Part shown: positions 25,251 through 36,351 of the stretch, one piece after another
Position numbering within the stretch: position 1 is the stretch's first letter
Layout: each line of letters starts with the position of its first letter
DNA from: Octopus bimaculoides
Lineage: Eukaryota
Reading direction: 5' to 3'
Assembly: GCF_001194135.2 (NCBI RefSeq)
Contig: NC_068998.1
Coordinates: 26,868,048 to 26,932,047 of the forward strand
DNA: 64,000 bases
The notes under the pieces: model-generated
The model's database searches: none
Seen by the model: the letters and a program-made list of their open reading frames with translations, nothing else
What the model was told of the DNA's origin: nothing
Program-made: the position numbers and the translations under genes

Positions 25251-25488
25251 GATCAACAAGCATGGCCACAATACCAAGGATTTGTTCATGCCTGCTACTG
25301 GGACTTTATCAACAATATAAATAAAATATCACGGACATGGCTGTGTGATAAGAAGCTTGCTCCCGACCACATGGTTCCGGGTTCAGTCCCACTGCGTAGC
25401 ACCTTGGTCACGTATCTTCTACAATAGCCTAGGGCCGATCAAAGCCTTATGAGTGGATTTGGTAGACGGAAACTGAAAGAAGCCCGTA

Positions 25489-25530
<42 letters not shown>

Positions 25531-25692
25531 TACATTATTTACATTGGACGGATATGTTTCCTCATCTTGTTCGTATCTTCTCCGAGAAGCCTTTTACAGG
25601 GGAGAGACAGACTGTTGTTAGTTTATGGGTTTCATCTTCTCTCCTCTTCCTAACTGGAGTGGATAGTATGATTTTGGGGAAGTTGTTGCTTA

Positions 25693-26211
25693 ATGGGAGA
25701 GAGGATGAAACCCATAAACTGGCCACAGGCTGTCTTACCCTATGTGAAAGGCCTCTCGGAGAAGATACAAAAGATATGCGGTCCATATGACATCAGGACA
25801 GTATTCAAGAGTAATACAACACTTCGCAAACATCTCCTTCGAGTAAAACCACCAATAGAAGAGAATATGACCAAAGACTGCGCGTACTCCATCCCATACA
25901 GCTGTGGTAGGTTATACAAAGGCGAAACATGTCACCCTCTCAAAATAAGGGTAGACGAACATCGCAAAGGTGTGACACGAGGAGATGTTGAAAAATCGGG
26001 TATAGCTGATCATGTATGGAAAAACGGAGACCACCTCCCTCTGTGGGATGAAGTTAAAATAATAGACAGAGGGCACCGCTGGAAAATACGAAAACTAAAA
26101 GAGGCAGCACATATGCTCGGACACAGTAACCTCCTAAGCAGACCGAGTGCAGGTCTGAGTAGAACATGGCAACCGGTATTAATGAAGGATACAAAAATAT
26201 TAGGTTTCTAA
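25693..26211 (+). CDS. C-terminal GIY-YIG endonuclease domain of PLE (truncated ORF)
   Basis: VLPYVKGLSEKI, CAYSIPYSCGRLYKGET (GIY-YIG motifs), R..EH, SGIADH, and R.LKEA..., the typical PLE endonuclease layout. The ATG is probably not the true start. Confidence 0.85.
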   Translation: MGERMKPINWPQAVLPYVKGLSEKIQKICGPYDIRTVFKSNTTLRKHLLRVKPPIEENMTKDCAYSIPYSCGRLYKGETCHPLKIRVDEHRKGVTRGDVEKSGIADHVWKNGDHLPLWDEVKIIDRGHRWKIRKLKEAAHMLGHSNLLSRPSAGLSRTWQPVLMKDTKILGF

Positions 26212-26240
26212 GCCCTAAAATTCACTCTGTAATTGCCCAT

Positions 26241-26298
26241 GGGCATATAGCGGGCTACTAACCCCAAGATTCCAAGTTCAGTTCCAGCGAGTGCCTTG
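26241..26298 (+). promoter_or_regulatory. tRNA-like segment in the PLE 3' module, A box deleted
   Basis: gggcatat[deletion]agcgggctactaaccccaagattccaagttcagttccagc; homologous to 28426-28500, with anticodon-like hairpin GGG-CTACTAA-CCC. Confidence 0.6.
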
Positions 26299-26371
26299 AA
26301 TAAATAATGATAATGATAATAATAATAGGATCGGCAAAAAATACTTTAAGAATGAGGATGGGTTCAAAATT

Positions 26372-26415
26372 CCACCTGATGAAGGCTGCAGAGTAAATCA
26401 GCCGAAACGTTGTGG
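26372..26415 (+). ncRNA. Minimal hammerhead ribozyme (PLE type)
   Basis: CCAC CTGATGA A GGCTG-cagagtaaat-CAGCC GAAA C GTT GTGG. Stem I CCAC/GTGG, 5-bp stem II, loopless palindromic stem III (AACGTT) and GUU triplet. Confidence 0.75.
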
Positions 26416-26485
26416 TAACAACAAACAAGATATCCGTCCAGTGTACAGAATTCCTCATCTCTAAAATATAGAGCAATATATGTGT

Positions 26486-26517
<32 letters not shown>

Positions 26518-28313
26518 ATGTGTGTGTTTATCCCCACCCCCACCATCGCTTGACAACCGATGCTGGTGTGTTTACGCCCCCGTAACTTAGCAGTTTGGCA
26601 AAAGAGACCGATAGAATAAGTACTAGGATTACAAAGAATAAGTCTTGGGGTTGATTTCTTCTGAAACAAATAAAAGAACTTCAGGAACCGTATCAGGGTA
26701 GTTATCGAGGCTGATGGCAGTTTTATTGAATAGACTTGTACCAGATTCCATAATATATTGGTTATTCAAATATTTCTGTTTTCCTTAAATTAAAATTTTG
26801 TTCTCAGATAGTTGACGCACCATGTATATTTTGTATTCAGAAACTATATAGAAATTACTCATAAAAATGTTTACTTATATAATACAATGTTGACATAAAA
26901 GATAGATAATTATAACAATAGAGTACCTCATTCTGTTATTTTAATCATAGAACTGTTTTACTAGTTAAAGAAAATGTGAAACAAGAATCTGTTAACATTT
27001 AAAATTTCCACAGGAGAGCTATTGAACTACCTAAAATAACGTTATGCTCGTTACGTTTTTAGTAACGAACATAACTTGGGGAAATGACGATAGAGTGTGA
27101 ATGTAATTATGAATTAAATGTAAAAGATAATATAAACAAAAAATTCAACTGTTAGAAAATAAAAATGAAAGTTAAAAATAAAATAATTTTTTGGCATGTT
27201 AGAATATTCAGTTTCCTTCAAGAAGCTGGGGATTTTTCATATTATGTCGGAAATCAGGTTAAAGTACAAAAGAAATTAGAGGGAGTGTTATAAAAGGAAT
27301 TATATCATTTATCTCAATATATTATGATGTTGTATGTTTGATGGGGTGTTTTTCCAAATGTTCTTTATTACACATTTCATTGCACATAAAATTTCATAGT
27401 TTTCGGCTATTCGAAGACTGCATTGCTCTTTTGGACCCGCTGTATACCTTAACTTTCGCTATCATATTCCACTTCATTTTGTTGGATATTTTAGTTTCCA
27501 TGTATAGGTGGGAAATGATGCATTTTTATTTCCCTCAATATTTTAGTTATAGCGTATTTTGAATAGATATCCTGTGAGTCTTATGCATATTTGTTTAGTA
27601 TTGCACGTTTTATTGTGTATTAGCAATATTGTGACTTTCGCTGCACAGTTTCACTCAGCGAGGCAGATATCTTTGTTTCTGTAATTACAGTTGTATTTTT
27701 GTGATATTTGAAATGTCTAATTGAATTAGAACATTCGAGTATATTAACAAAGTTCATTGTGTCGAAATATAAAATTGTGATGATGTTTTGTTGAAAATTT
27801 TCTGACATTTATGTATGGGATGGTATCTTAATTTGAAAACGATATTTGCTGATAGTGGGCAATTAATTGAAGTTTAATTTCGTTTTCTCATTTTGTTATT
27901 ATTTTTGGTTCTAGATCTTTCTGTTTCATTAATAAAATTAATTTCTCAGTGTATCAAAGCATCGTTATAATAAGAATTAAATATCAAATATTCTTCCTTG
28001 GCTGAAAGATAATAGATATATAATGTTTATAGGGTATCAATTCCTCCACTATTCAACCAAAATTTCATATTAAGTGAATCAACCTTAAAAGGAAATTAAA
28101 TATTCCACCATATTATTTCAAGCAAAATTTTCTATTATTTTTAATCTTTTAGGTTTTTATATTTTCTTTTTCTTTTTACATTACATTTATTGACTTTATT
28201 TTATTTTATCTTCATTATATTTCATTATCTTTAGTATTTTAATTACATACTGACTTCTTTATTTAACATTATTTACATTTAACGGATATTTGTCCTCATC
28301 TTGTCTGTTGTTA

Positions 28314-28349
28314 ACACAGCGTTTCGGCTTTCCAGCCTTCATCAGGTGT
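28314..28349 (-). ncRNA. Minimal hammerhead ribozyme, cleavage triplet mutated
   Basis: ACAC CTGATGA A GGCT-ggaa-AGCC GAAA C GCT GTGT. Stem I ACAC/GTGT covaries with CCAC/GTGG in copy 1. GCU in place of GUU predicts inactivity. Confidence 0.7.
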
Positions 28350-28425
28350 CTTGAGAAAATTTCGAACCTGGATTCTCATTCCTAAGGTATTTTTCGATGT
28401 TATTATTACTATTATCATTATTATT

Positions 28426-28500
28426 CAGGTCACTGGCTGGAATCGAACTCGGAATCTTGGGATTAATAGCCCGTGCTCTTAACCACTACACCATATGCCC
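28426..28500 (-). promoter_or_regulatory. tRNA-like segment with intact Pol III A and B boxes inside the PLE 3' module
   Basis: GGGCATATGGTGTAGTGGTTAAGAGCACGGGCTATTAATCCCAAGATTCCGAGTTCGATTCCAGCCAGTGACCTG. D-arm GTGT/GCAC with loop AGTGGTTAAGA; B box GTTCGATTC. The acceptor and T stems are poor, so it is not a tRNA gene. Confidence 0.75.
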
Positions 28501-28511
28501 GTGAACATAGC

Positions 28512-29021
28512 TTATAAATCTAATATTTTCTTATCCGGTTCCCATATGCTATTCATATCTGCACTCGTTCTGCTTAGGAGGTTGTTGTTTCCTAGCATAT
28601 GTGCTGCCTCTTTTAGTTTTCGTATTTTCCAGTGGTGCTCTCTGTCTATTATTTTAACTTCATCCCACAGGGGAAGGTGGTTTCCATTTTTCCACATATG
28701 ATCAGCTATACCCGATTTATCAATATCTCCTTTTGTCACAGCTTTGCGATGTTCGTCTACTCTTATTTTGAGTGTGTGACATGTTTCGCCTTTGTAACCT
28801 ACTCGGAGGAGATATTTGCGAAGTGTTGTATTATTTTTTAATACTGTCCTGATGTCATATGGGCCATATATCTTTTGTATCTTTTCGGAGATGCCTTTCA
28901 CATAGGGTAGACAGACTGTGGACAGTTTATTGGTTTCATCCACCCTTTTCTTCATAATTGGAGTAGATACTATGTTTTTGGAGTAGTTGTTGCTTAATAG
29001 ATTGTTATTGAGCTTAAGCAT
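28512..29021 (-). pseudogene. PLE endonuclease region with in-frame loss of the first GIY-YIG motif
   Basis: LLRVGYKGET versus LLRVKPPIEENMTKDCAYSIPYSCGRLYKGET in copy 1; the remainder is collinear (SGIADH, KLKEAAH). Confidence 0.8.
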
Positions 29022-29142
29022 TTCTTCATGGTGTGTATCACGATCGCTACTTATATTCTTTGCTCGATGTTTTAGGCACTGAGCAATCCCTCTCTTTAAT
29101 CCGTCAATACTTTTAAATTTCCCTTTTTTAAAAAATTAATTC

Positions 29143-29330
29143 TATTTGTTTCAGCCATTAGACTGCAGCCATACTGAAGAACTACCTGGAAGAATGAGTC
29201 GACCACGAAAGTTTTTTGTTTTCAAGCCTGGTATTTTATCGGTCTCTTTTTGCCGAGCTGTTAAGTTATGCAGAAGTAAACAACCTACACCTATTGTCAA
29301 GCGAGGGTGACAGACACAAACAAACAAACA
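29143..29330 (-). mobile_element. Bipartite SINE tail
   Basis: ttgtttcagccattagactgcagccat...aagcctggtattttatcggtctctttttgccgagctgttaagtta...gacaaac followed by (CA)n/(TA)n. Confidence 0.75.
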
Positions 29331-29347
29331 CACACACACACACACAC

Positions 29348-29432
<85 letters not shown>

Positions 29433-29955
29433 GGAGCAACAAATACAAGAAGAAGCAATTCGGTTGGGCTAGTTAGCCATTGTTTTATTATGTGGAGGTT
29501 ATGTAATGAGTCGTTGTGAAGGTCATGTAATTAGTCATTTACGCACGTTTCAATTTGCCAAATGGTTTGGCAGATCTCTTCAGAATGTTGAGGAGTATGT
29601 TAAGAGTTCATGGTGTGAGAGATGTAGGAGAAGTAATTAGTGGATATATTAATGTATATGGTGGTATAATAATAGCGTTAGGTAAAGAAAGCCTTAAGTT
29701 TTAGTTGAAGTTGTGTTGGTCGTCCTGTAGGGGGATGTAGGATGGGTGCTATTTAAGCTCATAATTTCGATTTTAATCAAATGCATATCCACGTGATGTT
29801 GTTATGATTGAGGAATGCGTCGTATATTTTTAGCACCGGCGGTGTTAGTAAAGGGAAGCAACCCTAAATTTAGGTGAAAAGCGGCCTAACTCTGGTCTTA
29901 TTACTATTCAATTATAATTAATTATACTTAGAAAAGGAAAATTCTTTTTTACATA

Positions 29956-30105
29956 TTTAATTATACTTAGGAAGTGGAATGTATTATATATTTAATTATA
30001 CCTAGAGAATGAGTATTTACTAGCGNNNNNNNNNNTTTAATTATACTTAGGAAGTGGAATGTATTATATATTTAATTATACCTAGAGAATGAGTATTTAC
30101 TAGCG
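29956..30105 (+). other. Exact 70-bp duplication on either side of a 10-N gap (probable assembly overlap)
   Basis: 29956-30025 is identical to 30036-30105. Confidence 0.85.
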
Positions 30106-30627
30106 TGAAGACAGATTAGGCTAGATTCATATCTCCTGTTTAATAGGTCATTATTAGCCGTTAGGATATCGAGGCGCTCAGTTAAACAGAGTTCACAGCG
30201 TCTGTTAGTTGGGTTATAGGAGTTAGCTACTTTTAGTATGTGCCACTTTAGTTTATATTCTATCTTATTGTCGTTTAGTTCTCAGATATACCTACTAAGT
30301 CCTGTAGAATTTGCCTTATTTCTATTTCTAAAGCTAGATAGGTGCTCATTATATCTAAGCCGTATTTGGTTTTTCGTCACTCCGGTGTAGGATCTAGTGT
30401 GGCTCTTTGTTTGTACGTCACATTGGTAAACTATACTTTCGGTCTTACATCTGTTGGAGAAATTACATTTATTCCTGTCTCTACAGCCACATAGGTTGTA
30501 AGGGGTGTCTATGTCTGTGTGTTATTGTGTGGCCCTATTATTATTTTTTTTTTTTTTGGTGTGCGTCCCTCCTGGTAAGGGGTGTTGGATTAGGGTTGGA
30601 GTTAGTTCTATTAGTTGGAGGGTTGTT

Positions 30628-31344
30628 GATTGTTGTTTCCCAAAAACATTGTTCTCTTATTTATCATACATGAGGCAATAAACCTCTTACAATTGTTCAT
30701 AATTGTTCATTAAAACACAAAAATGAGGCAATACACCTCGTACCTTGGTTAAAAAGAAAGTAAGCTTCTTACCACATATATATATATGAGACAAGAAATA
30801 ATTTTCGTTTCTTTGTATGGAAACAAAAATCATATATAGGACTGCAAAAAAGAAGTGCTCGAGTGAAATTGAGACAGAGGCAATCAGAGAAATCTCTAAT
30901 CAACGATTTATAAATACATATATTTATATATATAGATATACGACGGGCTTCTTTCAGTTTCCGTCTACCAGATCCACCCTCAAGGCTTGGGTCGGCCTGA
31001 GACTGTAGTAGAAGGTACATGACCAAGATGTCACGCAGTGGTACTAAGCCCGGAACCATGTGGTTAGGAAGTAAGCTTCTTTATTTCATCAAATTGGCTA
31101 TAATAGCCTTACATAGAGAAAGAAGCTGCGGGCTGGACACAGACATAATGTTATATGAGATGAAAAGTGAAAATCATGATTAATGGGGAGAAACAGACAA
31201 CGCCCGCCGATTGTTGTTTCCCGAAAACATTGTTCTCTTATTTATCATACATGAGGCAATAAACCTCTTACAATTGTTCATAATTGTTCAATAAAACACA
31301 AAAATGAGGCAATACGTTAAAAAGGAAGCAAGCTTCTTACCACA
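30628..31344. repeat. ~140-bp direct repeats (30628-30776 / 31209-31344) flanking a minus-strand SINE head (30940-31080)
   Basis: gattgttgtttccc.aaaacattgttctcttatttatcatacatgaggcaataaacctcttacaattgttcat...aagcttcttaccaca occurs twice. The SINE head gacgggcttctttcagtttccgtctacc...ggaaccatgtggttaggaagtaagcttct lies between the copies. Confidence 0.85.
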
Positions 31345-31949
31345 CATCTACGCCTGTGCATATCAACCATGCCAGCGCGCTTCAGCCATGCCTGCGCCTT
31401 ATGTAAATAACTTTTTTCTATAAACAGTATGAGAAGACGTTATACATAGATTTTCACCCACATTTATACAAAACTCTTGGATCCCTTACATTCATCCAAA
31501 TTAAGATATGATAAATAAGACAGCACATACGATAAAATAAGGAAATATGGAAATAAGAAGTGCGCGCTATGAAATCTACATTATCTATCATTTAGCCAAT
31601 GAAGCAATCTTTAATGACTTGACCGATTCTCTAAAACATTTATATTACATACACAGCAAGACCTAAAATAAAAAATATAAACAAAAGAAGAAGCGAAACA
31701 GAATGAGTGTATGTACCTGAAATATGCAGCGTCACTTCAGATAGAACGGTGTGTTATTTATGCCACCTGCTTCCTTGATTTTCTGCAGCTGAGAAACTAC
31801 AGAAGGTTCCAACCTTTCAATGGAAGACCATTCTAACACTTAAACATTCCACTCAACATGTTTGATGTTCAATAAGTGTCGATCGAGGTAAATTATGCTT
31901 CAGAGATTTTAAGGTAGAGAGATTGATATAAAAACATTGCATACGCTGA

Positions 31950-33080
31950 CTCTTTTATTCTTGACCTTTTAATCCTAAATCTATTCGTTATTGCACATAT
32001 ATTTCATTTGAAGTCGGTTCGTTTAGTCGTAAATAATTTAACAGAAATTAATGTGAATTCATGTACAGGAATTTCAAGGTATTTGGAAATACCTTTTGTT
32101 ATTGTGGTTGATTTACAACATGTAGCTGTGAATGGACATTTCTTATACTTTATGCAAGCTAAAATTATCGTCCACTATTGGTGGTGGCAAATATACGAAA
32201 TAGATTCAAAAGTATCTCTCACAGATTTTTAACACTGAAACTATGTCTAACTTCATAAAATGTGATTTTATCTGGTTTGTAAAGCAATGTTTTAGAAAGC
32301 TGAAATTTTCTAACTTCTTAACAAGGTTATTTTAGATTCAGAAGAGAGATAAATATCTAATTTTAAGTTTTTAAATAGAGATATTTCCTCCTGTACACCT
32401 TTTACGACTCACTATTTCCAATGATATTTTTGTAAAGTATTATCTGGGAGACTTAGTTTCCTCTATTCAGGAATTTTAATTCATCAAAGCTCAAATAGAT
32501 CTGGTCTTACATCTGGCAGGTCTATAGAACATGAGAATTTATATAAGAACACGCATTTGCTTGCTTGAGTAAACATTCTCTTAATAAAATTCATAAAATG
32601 TCATGCAGTGATCTTAAACCTTTTTCCATGATTTCTGTAAGCAAATTTTTGTTCTTTTGAATGTCATCATTTTTAAGCCAGATACATTCCAATCTCCATT
32701 TCTATATTGTCTAAAAACATTGAGGTCAACTGATCTTATTGAAATTCTGTCCTTTGTTTGTTGGTTTTAGCTTCTGATCTCCTGTAAAGGGAAATTTTGT
32801 CTACTTGAATGATTTGAATTGATAAATGTTTTCAACTTATCCTACTATATTTGTATTTAGTATGTGATATCCTACCATATTTGAATTTAGTACGCAGAAA
32901 GCTTCCGTGGGGTATTTTTTCACGGCCATATTCAGGAAACGTGTTCGCTGATTTCTCCAGTTAGCTTAAAACCACATTCACTTCAGACTGCAAGATTGAT
33001 ATTGTCCAAAGATTTCGATGAACTGATCTTGTTCTCTTTACATTTCAAATAAACTTGGAGGGAATTTTTATTTTATAATT
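31950..33080 (-). pseudogene. Possible L1/Tx1-like ORF2 C-terminal relic
   Basis: Weak motifs SKFI*NVKRTR and WLKNDDIQKNKNLLTEIMEKGLRSLHDI resemble L1/Tx1 F.W.GK.PR and W...GI..L.D; heavily decayed. Confidence 0.3.
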
Positions 33081-34439
33081 ACTTGGATAATCACAGCTGA
33101 TCGGAGCTGTTCAACTCACTTATATATATTTGATATCGTATTTGCATTAAATACACAAAACGTACAACTGAGACATTTTCCCTCAGTCCAATAGTTGATA
33201 TTCCCAATCAGCATGTTATGAACATCATTACATCCTTTCGGTTTCTACATATATTTATCACATGTTAATTTCGCTAGCTGTCTTAAATATGCTTTGCTCA
33301 ATCTCGGCTGGATGAAGTTCCTCAACGCACTGAGGTATGTTGACGTCATAAGAATTTATATACTTCAAGAAAACATTAAATAATTCAATTTTGAAACAGT
33401 GGATCTCGAAGCAAATAGAGCTATGAATAACAAGCGTGTAAACATTGAATTAAAAACCGTCTGGATGAGGTTTTCTTAGCTTAATATTTACATACTATTA
33501 TTTATAGCTTTATCTGTTTCGAGACCCACCGTTTCAGAAAACAATTATACACTGGAATATTTTCGTCAGCCATATTGTTGATATCAATAAGTATAACTTA
33601 CTTTCAACTTTCCACTTCCCACTACTAATGACACTTACACTGCTCTCTTGAAACTTTAAAAGACAAAAATAACAAAATTCAGAGATAAATGAACATATTT
33701 ACATGCAAAATGTCTTCCCTGTAGAGATTTCGCATGTAAAGAGAGGCCAGAAATATTGTCGGTTACAGTATAAGACGGACGAAGTAATATGATTAGGAGT
33801 TTGGTATGAACTTTTGCTAATATCTCTTGACAAGAGAATTTTCAATTAAAATTGTACACTGAAATGTCAAGAAGTACTAAAATCGTGCGAAATAGATATA
33901 CCATTTGCAACATATTAGTTGAAGCAATGTGAAAAATTTGCGTATGGAGAGCAGTAAGCAGCCTGTTCAAAAACTATCAAAGATACGAGTCTTGCATTCA
34001 TTTCTTCCTTAAACAGGTGAAGACATTGTTGTTCGTTGCAAAACTAAATGCAATGAAATACAATAGTATTTATATACATTGACAGAAATAAATTTCACTT
34101 TAGGCGTTGAGACGAAACCTTAAGTAACAGAAACAATTACTCACCTTTGACCACTGAACAGAACAAGATGTGTTTTCCAAGTTCTTCTCCACACAAAGAC
34201 GTATGGACATGTAATTGTTGTTGATAAGACTTATTGTTATTCATATACTTTAAAATGCTCTGAATACCTCTGTCGTGCTACGTCTGATTTTATTCTATAC
34301 GCGTGCTATTTATATGTGAAACATATACGTGTTCGTTAAAATGGGTTGTGTGAGTAACACACAATCACACGAATGCATACATTTAGTGTATGCATTCGTG
34401 AGAGATAACGGCAAGTATGAAGCAAACGGAGATAGAATA

Positions 34440-34446
34440 GAATAGA

Positions 34447-34502
<56 letters not shown>

Positions 34503-34587
34503 CTAGGTAGGTAGGTAGGTAGGTAGGTAGGTAGGTAAGTAGGTAGGTAGGTAGGTAGAAAGAAAGAAAGAAAGAAAGAAAGAACGA

Positions 34588-34623
<36 letters not shown>

Positions 34624-34782
34624 GAGGGAGGGAGAGGGATGAGGTGGGACGGAGAGGGACGGAGAGGGACGGAGAGGGATGAGGTGGGACGGAGAGGGAC
34701 GGAGAAGGGGAAGATGATAAATCGATCGATAGATAGTTTAATTTATAGAAAGGGTGTTGCATAGATAGATAGACAGACATAC

Positions 34783-34870
<88 letters not shown>
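34440..34870 (+). repeat. Purine-rich compound satellite: (GATA)n-(GGTA)n-(GAAA)n-(GGGACGGAGA)n-(GATA)n
   Basis: Read directly. Confidence 0.95.
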
Positions 34871-34873
<3 letters not shown>

Positions 34874-35494
34874 TTGTTAATGGACTGATTCATATTTCAC
34901 GTTGATATACATCATGTTATTTTTAAACTGTTCATCGAATTTCTCTTAAAGTATCTCTTTTCGAAAAAAGCTACCTAAATTAGCTGTTATAACGTTATTA
35001 AGTCATTTTATGGTTTAATATCATAAAGAAGACAACTAAACTATCTGTCATAAGACATTAAGCATTAGAAATTGAATGTATTTAGAGTAATTTTCGGAAA
35101 TTATATCAATGATGCCATTGCAGCAGAACTATGCGCCGATTATTTCTCTTATACGCAGTAGCTCTGATGTGATCATGCCTATTATGTATTGTTAACAGTC
35201 ATATGAGTTATTGAGTTTGAAGATATACTATGTAAATAGAGACACATATATCAACTATTCAGATGAGGATATTGAAAAAGAATTATTAGCAGGAACTAGC
35301 ACACAAACTCTCCCTCCTACATACGTACATTATTATACAAACACACGTACAGGTACGCACCGACGTAAAGATAGTCACTCAAAAACGCATAAACATGATT
35401 ACACTCAACCGCGCACCAGTGCACACATGCAAACGTACACATGTAATACAAATACACACACACTCACGCTCACACACATATAGATACACGTATG

Positions 35495-35544
<50 letters not shown>

Positions 35545-36061
35545 TACGCATACAGAGAATGAGAGCGAGAGAGAAAGAGAAACAGAGAGAGGTAAAAGTA
35601 TAGATTAAGTATGCATTCATATGTATGTACGTACGTACGTATGTATTTATGTATGTATGTATTTATGTATGTATGTATGTATGTATTTATGTATGTATGT
35701 ATGTATGTATGTATGTATGTATGTATGTTAATTCATTAACGTGATAGTGACAGACAGACAGACAAACAGACAGACAGATGGATAAATTTTTATATTGGTT
35801 AATCATTTTCCTGATGACGGAAAAAGTATTGGCTTATAAATATTTATCGTACTTCAGTGCATATCCGTATTGCAAGCGTTAGCAACGTTTATATTGAATA
35901 AATTAACAGAAACACTGAAACTAATCAGTTTGATATTTTTCTGACCGCAGAGAGACAAACTCGTAGTGTGACCGCAGAATTAACTTACCATAGTCAAGCT
36001 AAAAATGTGTGATTACCAAAGACACATACTTGTAGATTTTACCTTACAACTCTAAATTAAA

Positions 36062-36316
36062 TCTTTTACTTGTTTCAGTTACTGGGCTGCGGCCATGTTG
36101 GATCAACGCCTTGGAGAGTTTAGTTGAACAAATTGTCCTCAGTTTTTTTTTCAAGCCTTGTCTTTATTCTGTAGATTTCTTTTACCGAACCGTTGTTACA
36201 GGGACGTAAACAATACAATATTGCTTGTCAAGAGGCGGAGGAGAGCAAACACATGCACAAAGACACGTACATATACACAAAGACACATATGAATGCATAC
36301 ACACACACCTACGATC

Positions 36317-36351
<35 letters not shown>

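Larger units (their letters stand above)
25527..26447 (+). mobile_element. Penelope/Poseidon-like element copy 1, 5'-truncated with a 5' inversion
   Basis: 25527-25690 is an inverted, internally deleted piece (ORF fragment LSNNFPKIILSTP...KGFSEKI joined to the 3' tail aacaagatgagga..atatccgtccaatgtaaa). It is followed by the forward ORF, a tRNA-like segment, (TAA)n, the HHR and the tail. Confidence 0.85.
25333..26662 (+). mobile_element. Bipartite SINE (head 25333-25490, (TA)n, (TG)n, tail 26525-26662) split by a PLE insertion
   Basis: Head ggacatggctgtgtgataagaagcttgc...ggttcagtccc...gaaactgaaagaagcccgtagt, then (TA)n; PLE at 25527-26447; then (TG)n and tail cttgacaaccgatgctggtgtgtttacg...gaataagtcttgggg. 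Same order as the intact copy at 36062-36540. Confidence 0.8.
28262..29110 (-). mobile_element. Penelope/Poseidon-like element copy 2, 5'-truncated
   Basis: Minus strand: KRGIAQCLKHRAKNIS...MLKLNNNLLSNNYSK (RT thumb), then the endonuclease region, tRNA-like segment, (TAA)-rich spacer, HHR, and the same tail (aacaacagacaagatgaggacaaatatccg..aatgtaaat) as copy 1. Confidence 0.85.

Noticed and set aside
28426-28500. Functional tRNA gene
   Set aside because: The D-arm and B box are present, but the acceptor and T stems do not pair; it is treated as a tRNA-derived part of the PLE.
29956-30105. Recent 70-bp tandem duplication
   Set aside because: The copies are exactly identical and separated by a 10-N gap, typical of unmerged overlapping contig ends.
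33345-33410. Similarity to 61327-61400 (gtcataagaattt.ata.actt...gaaaacat...tggatctcga)
   Set aside because: Probably a real old repeat, but too short and diverged to assign boundaries or class.
33500-33575. Hammerhead candidate on the minus strand (CTGACGA...GAAAC...GTC)
   Set aside because: Stem II is weak and stem I does not pair.
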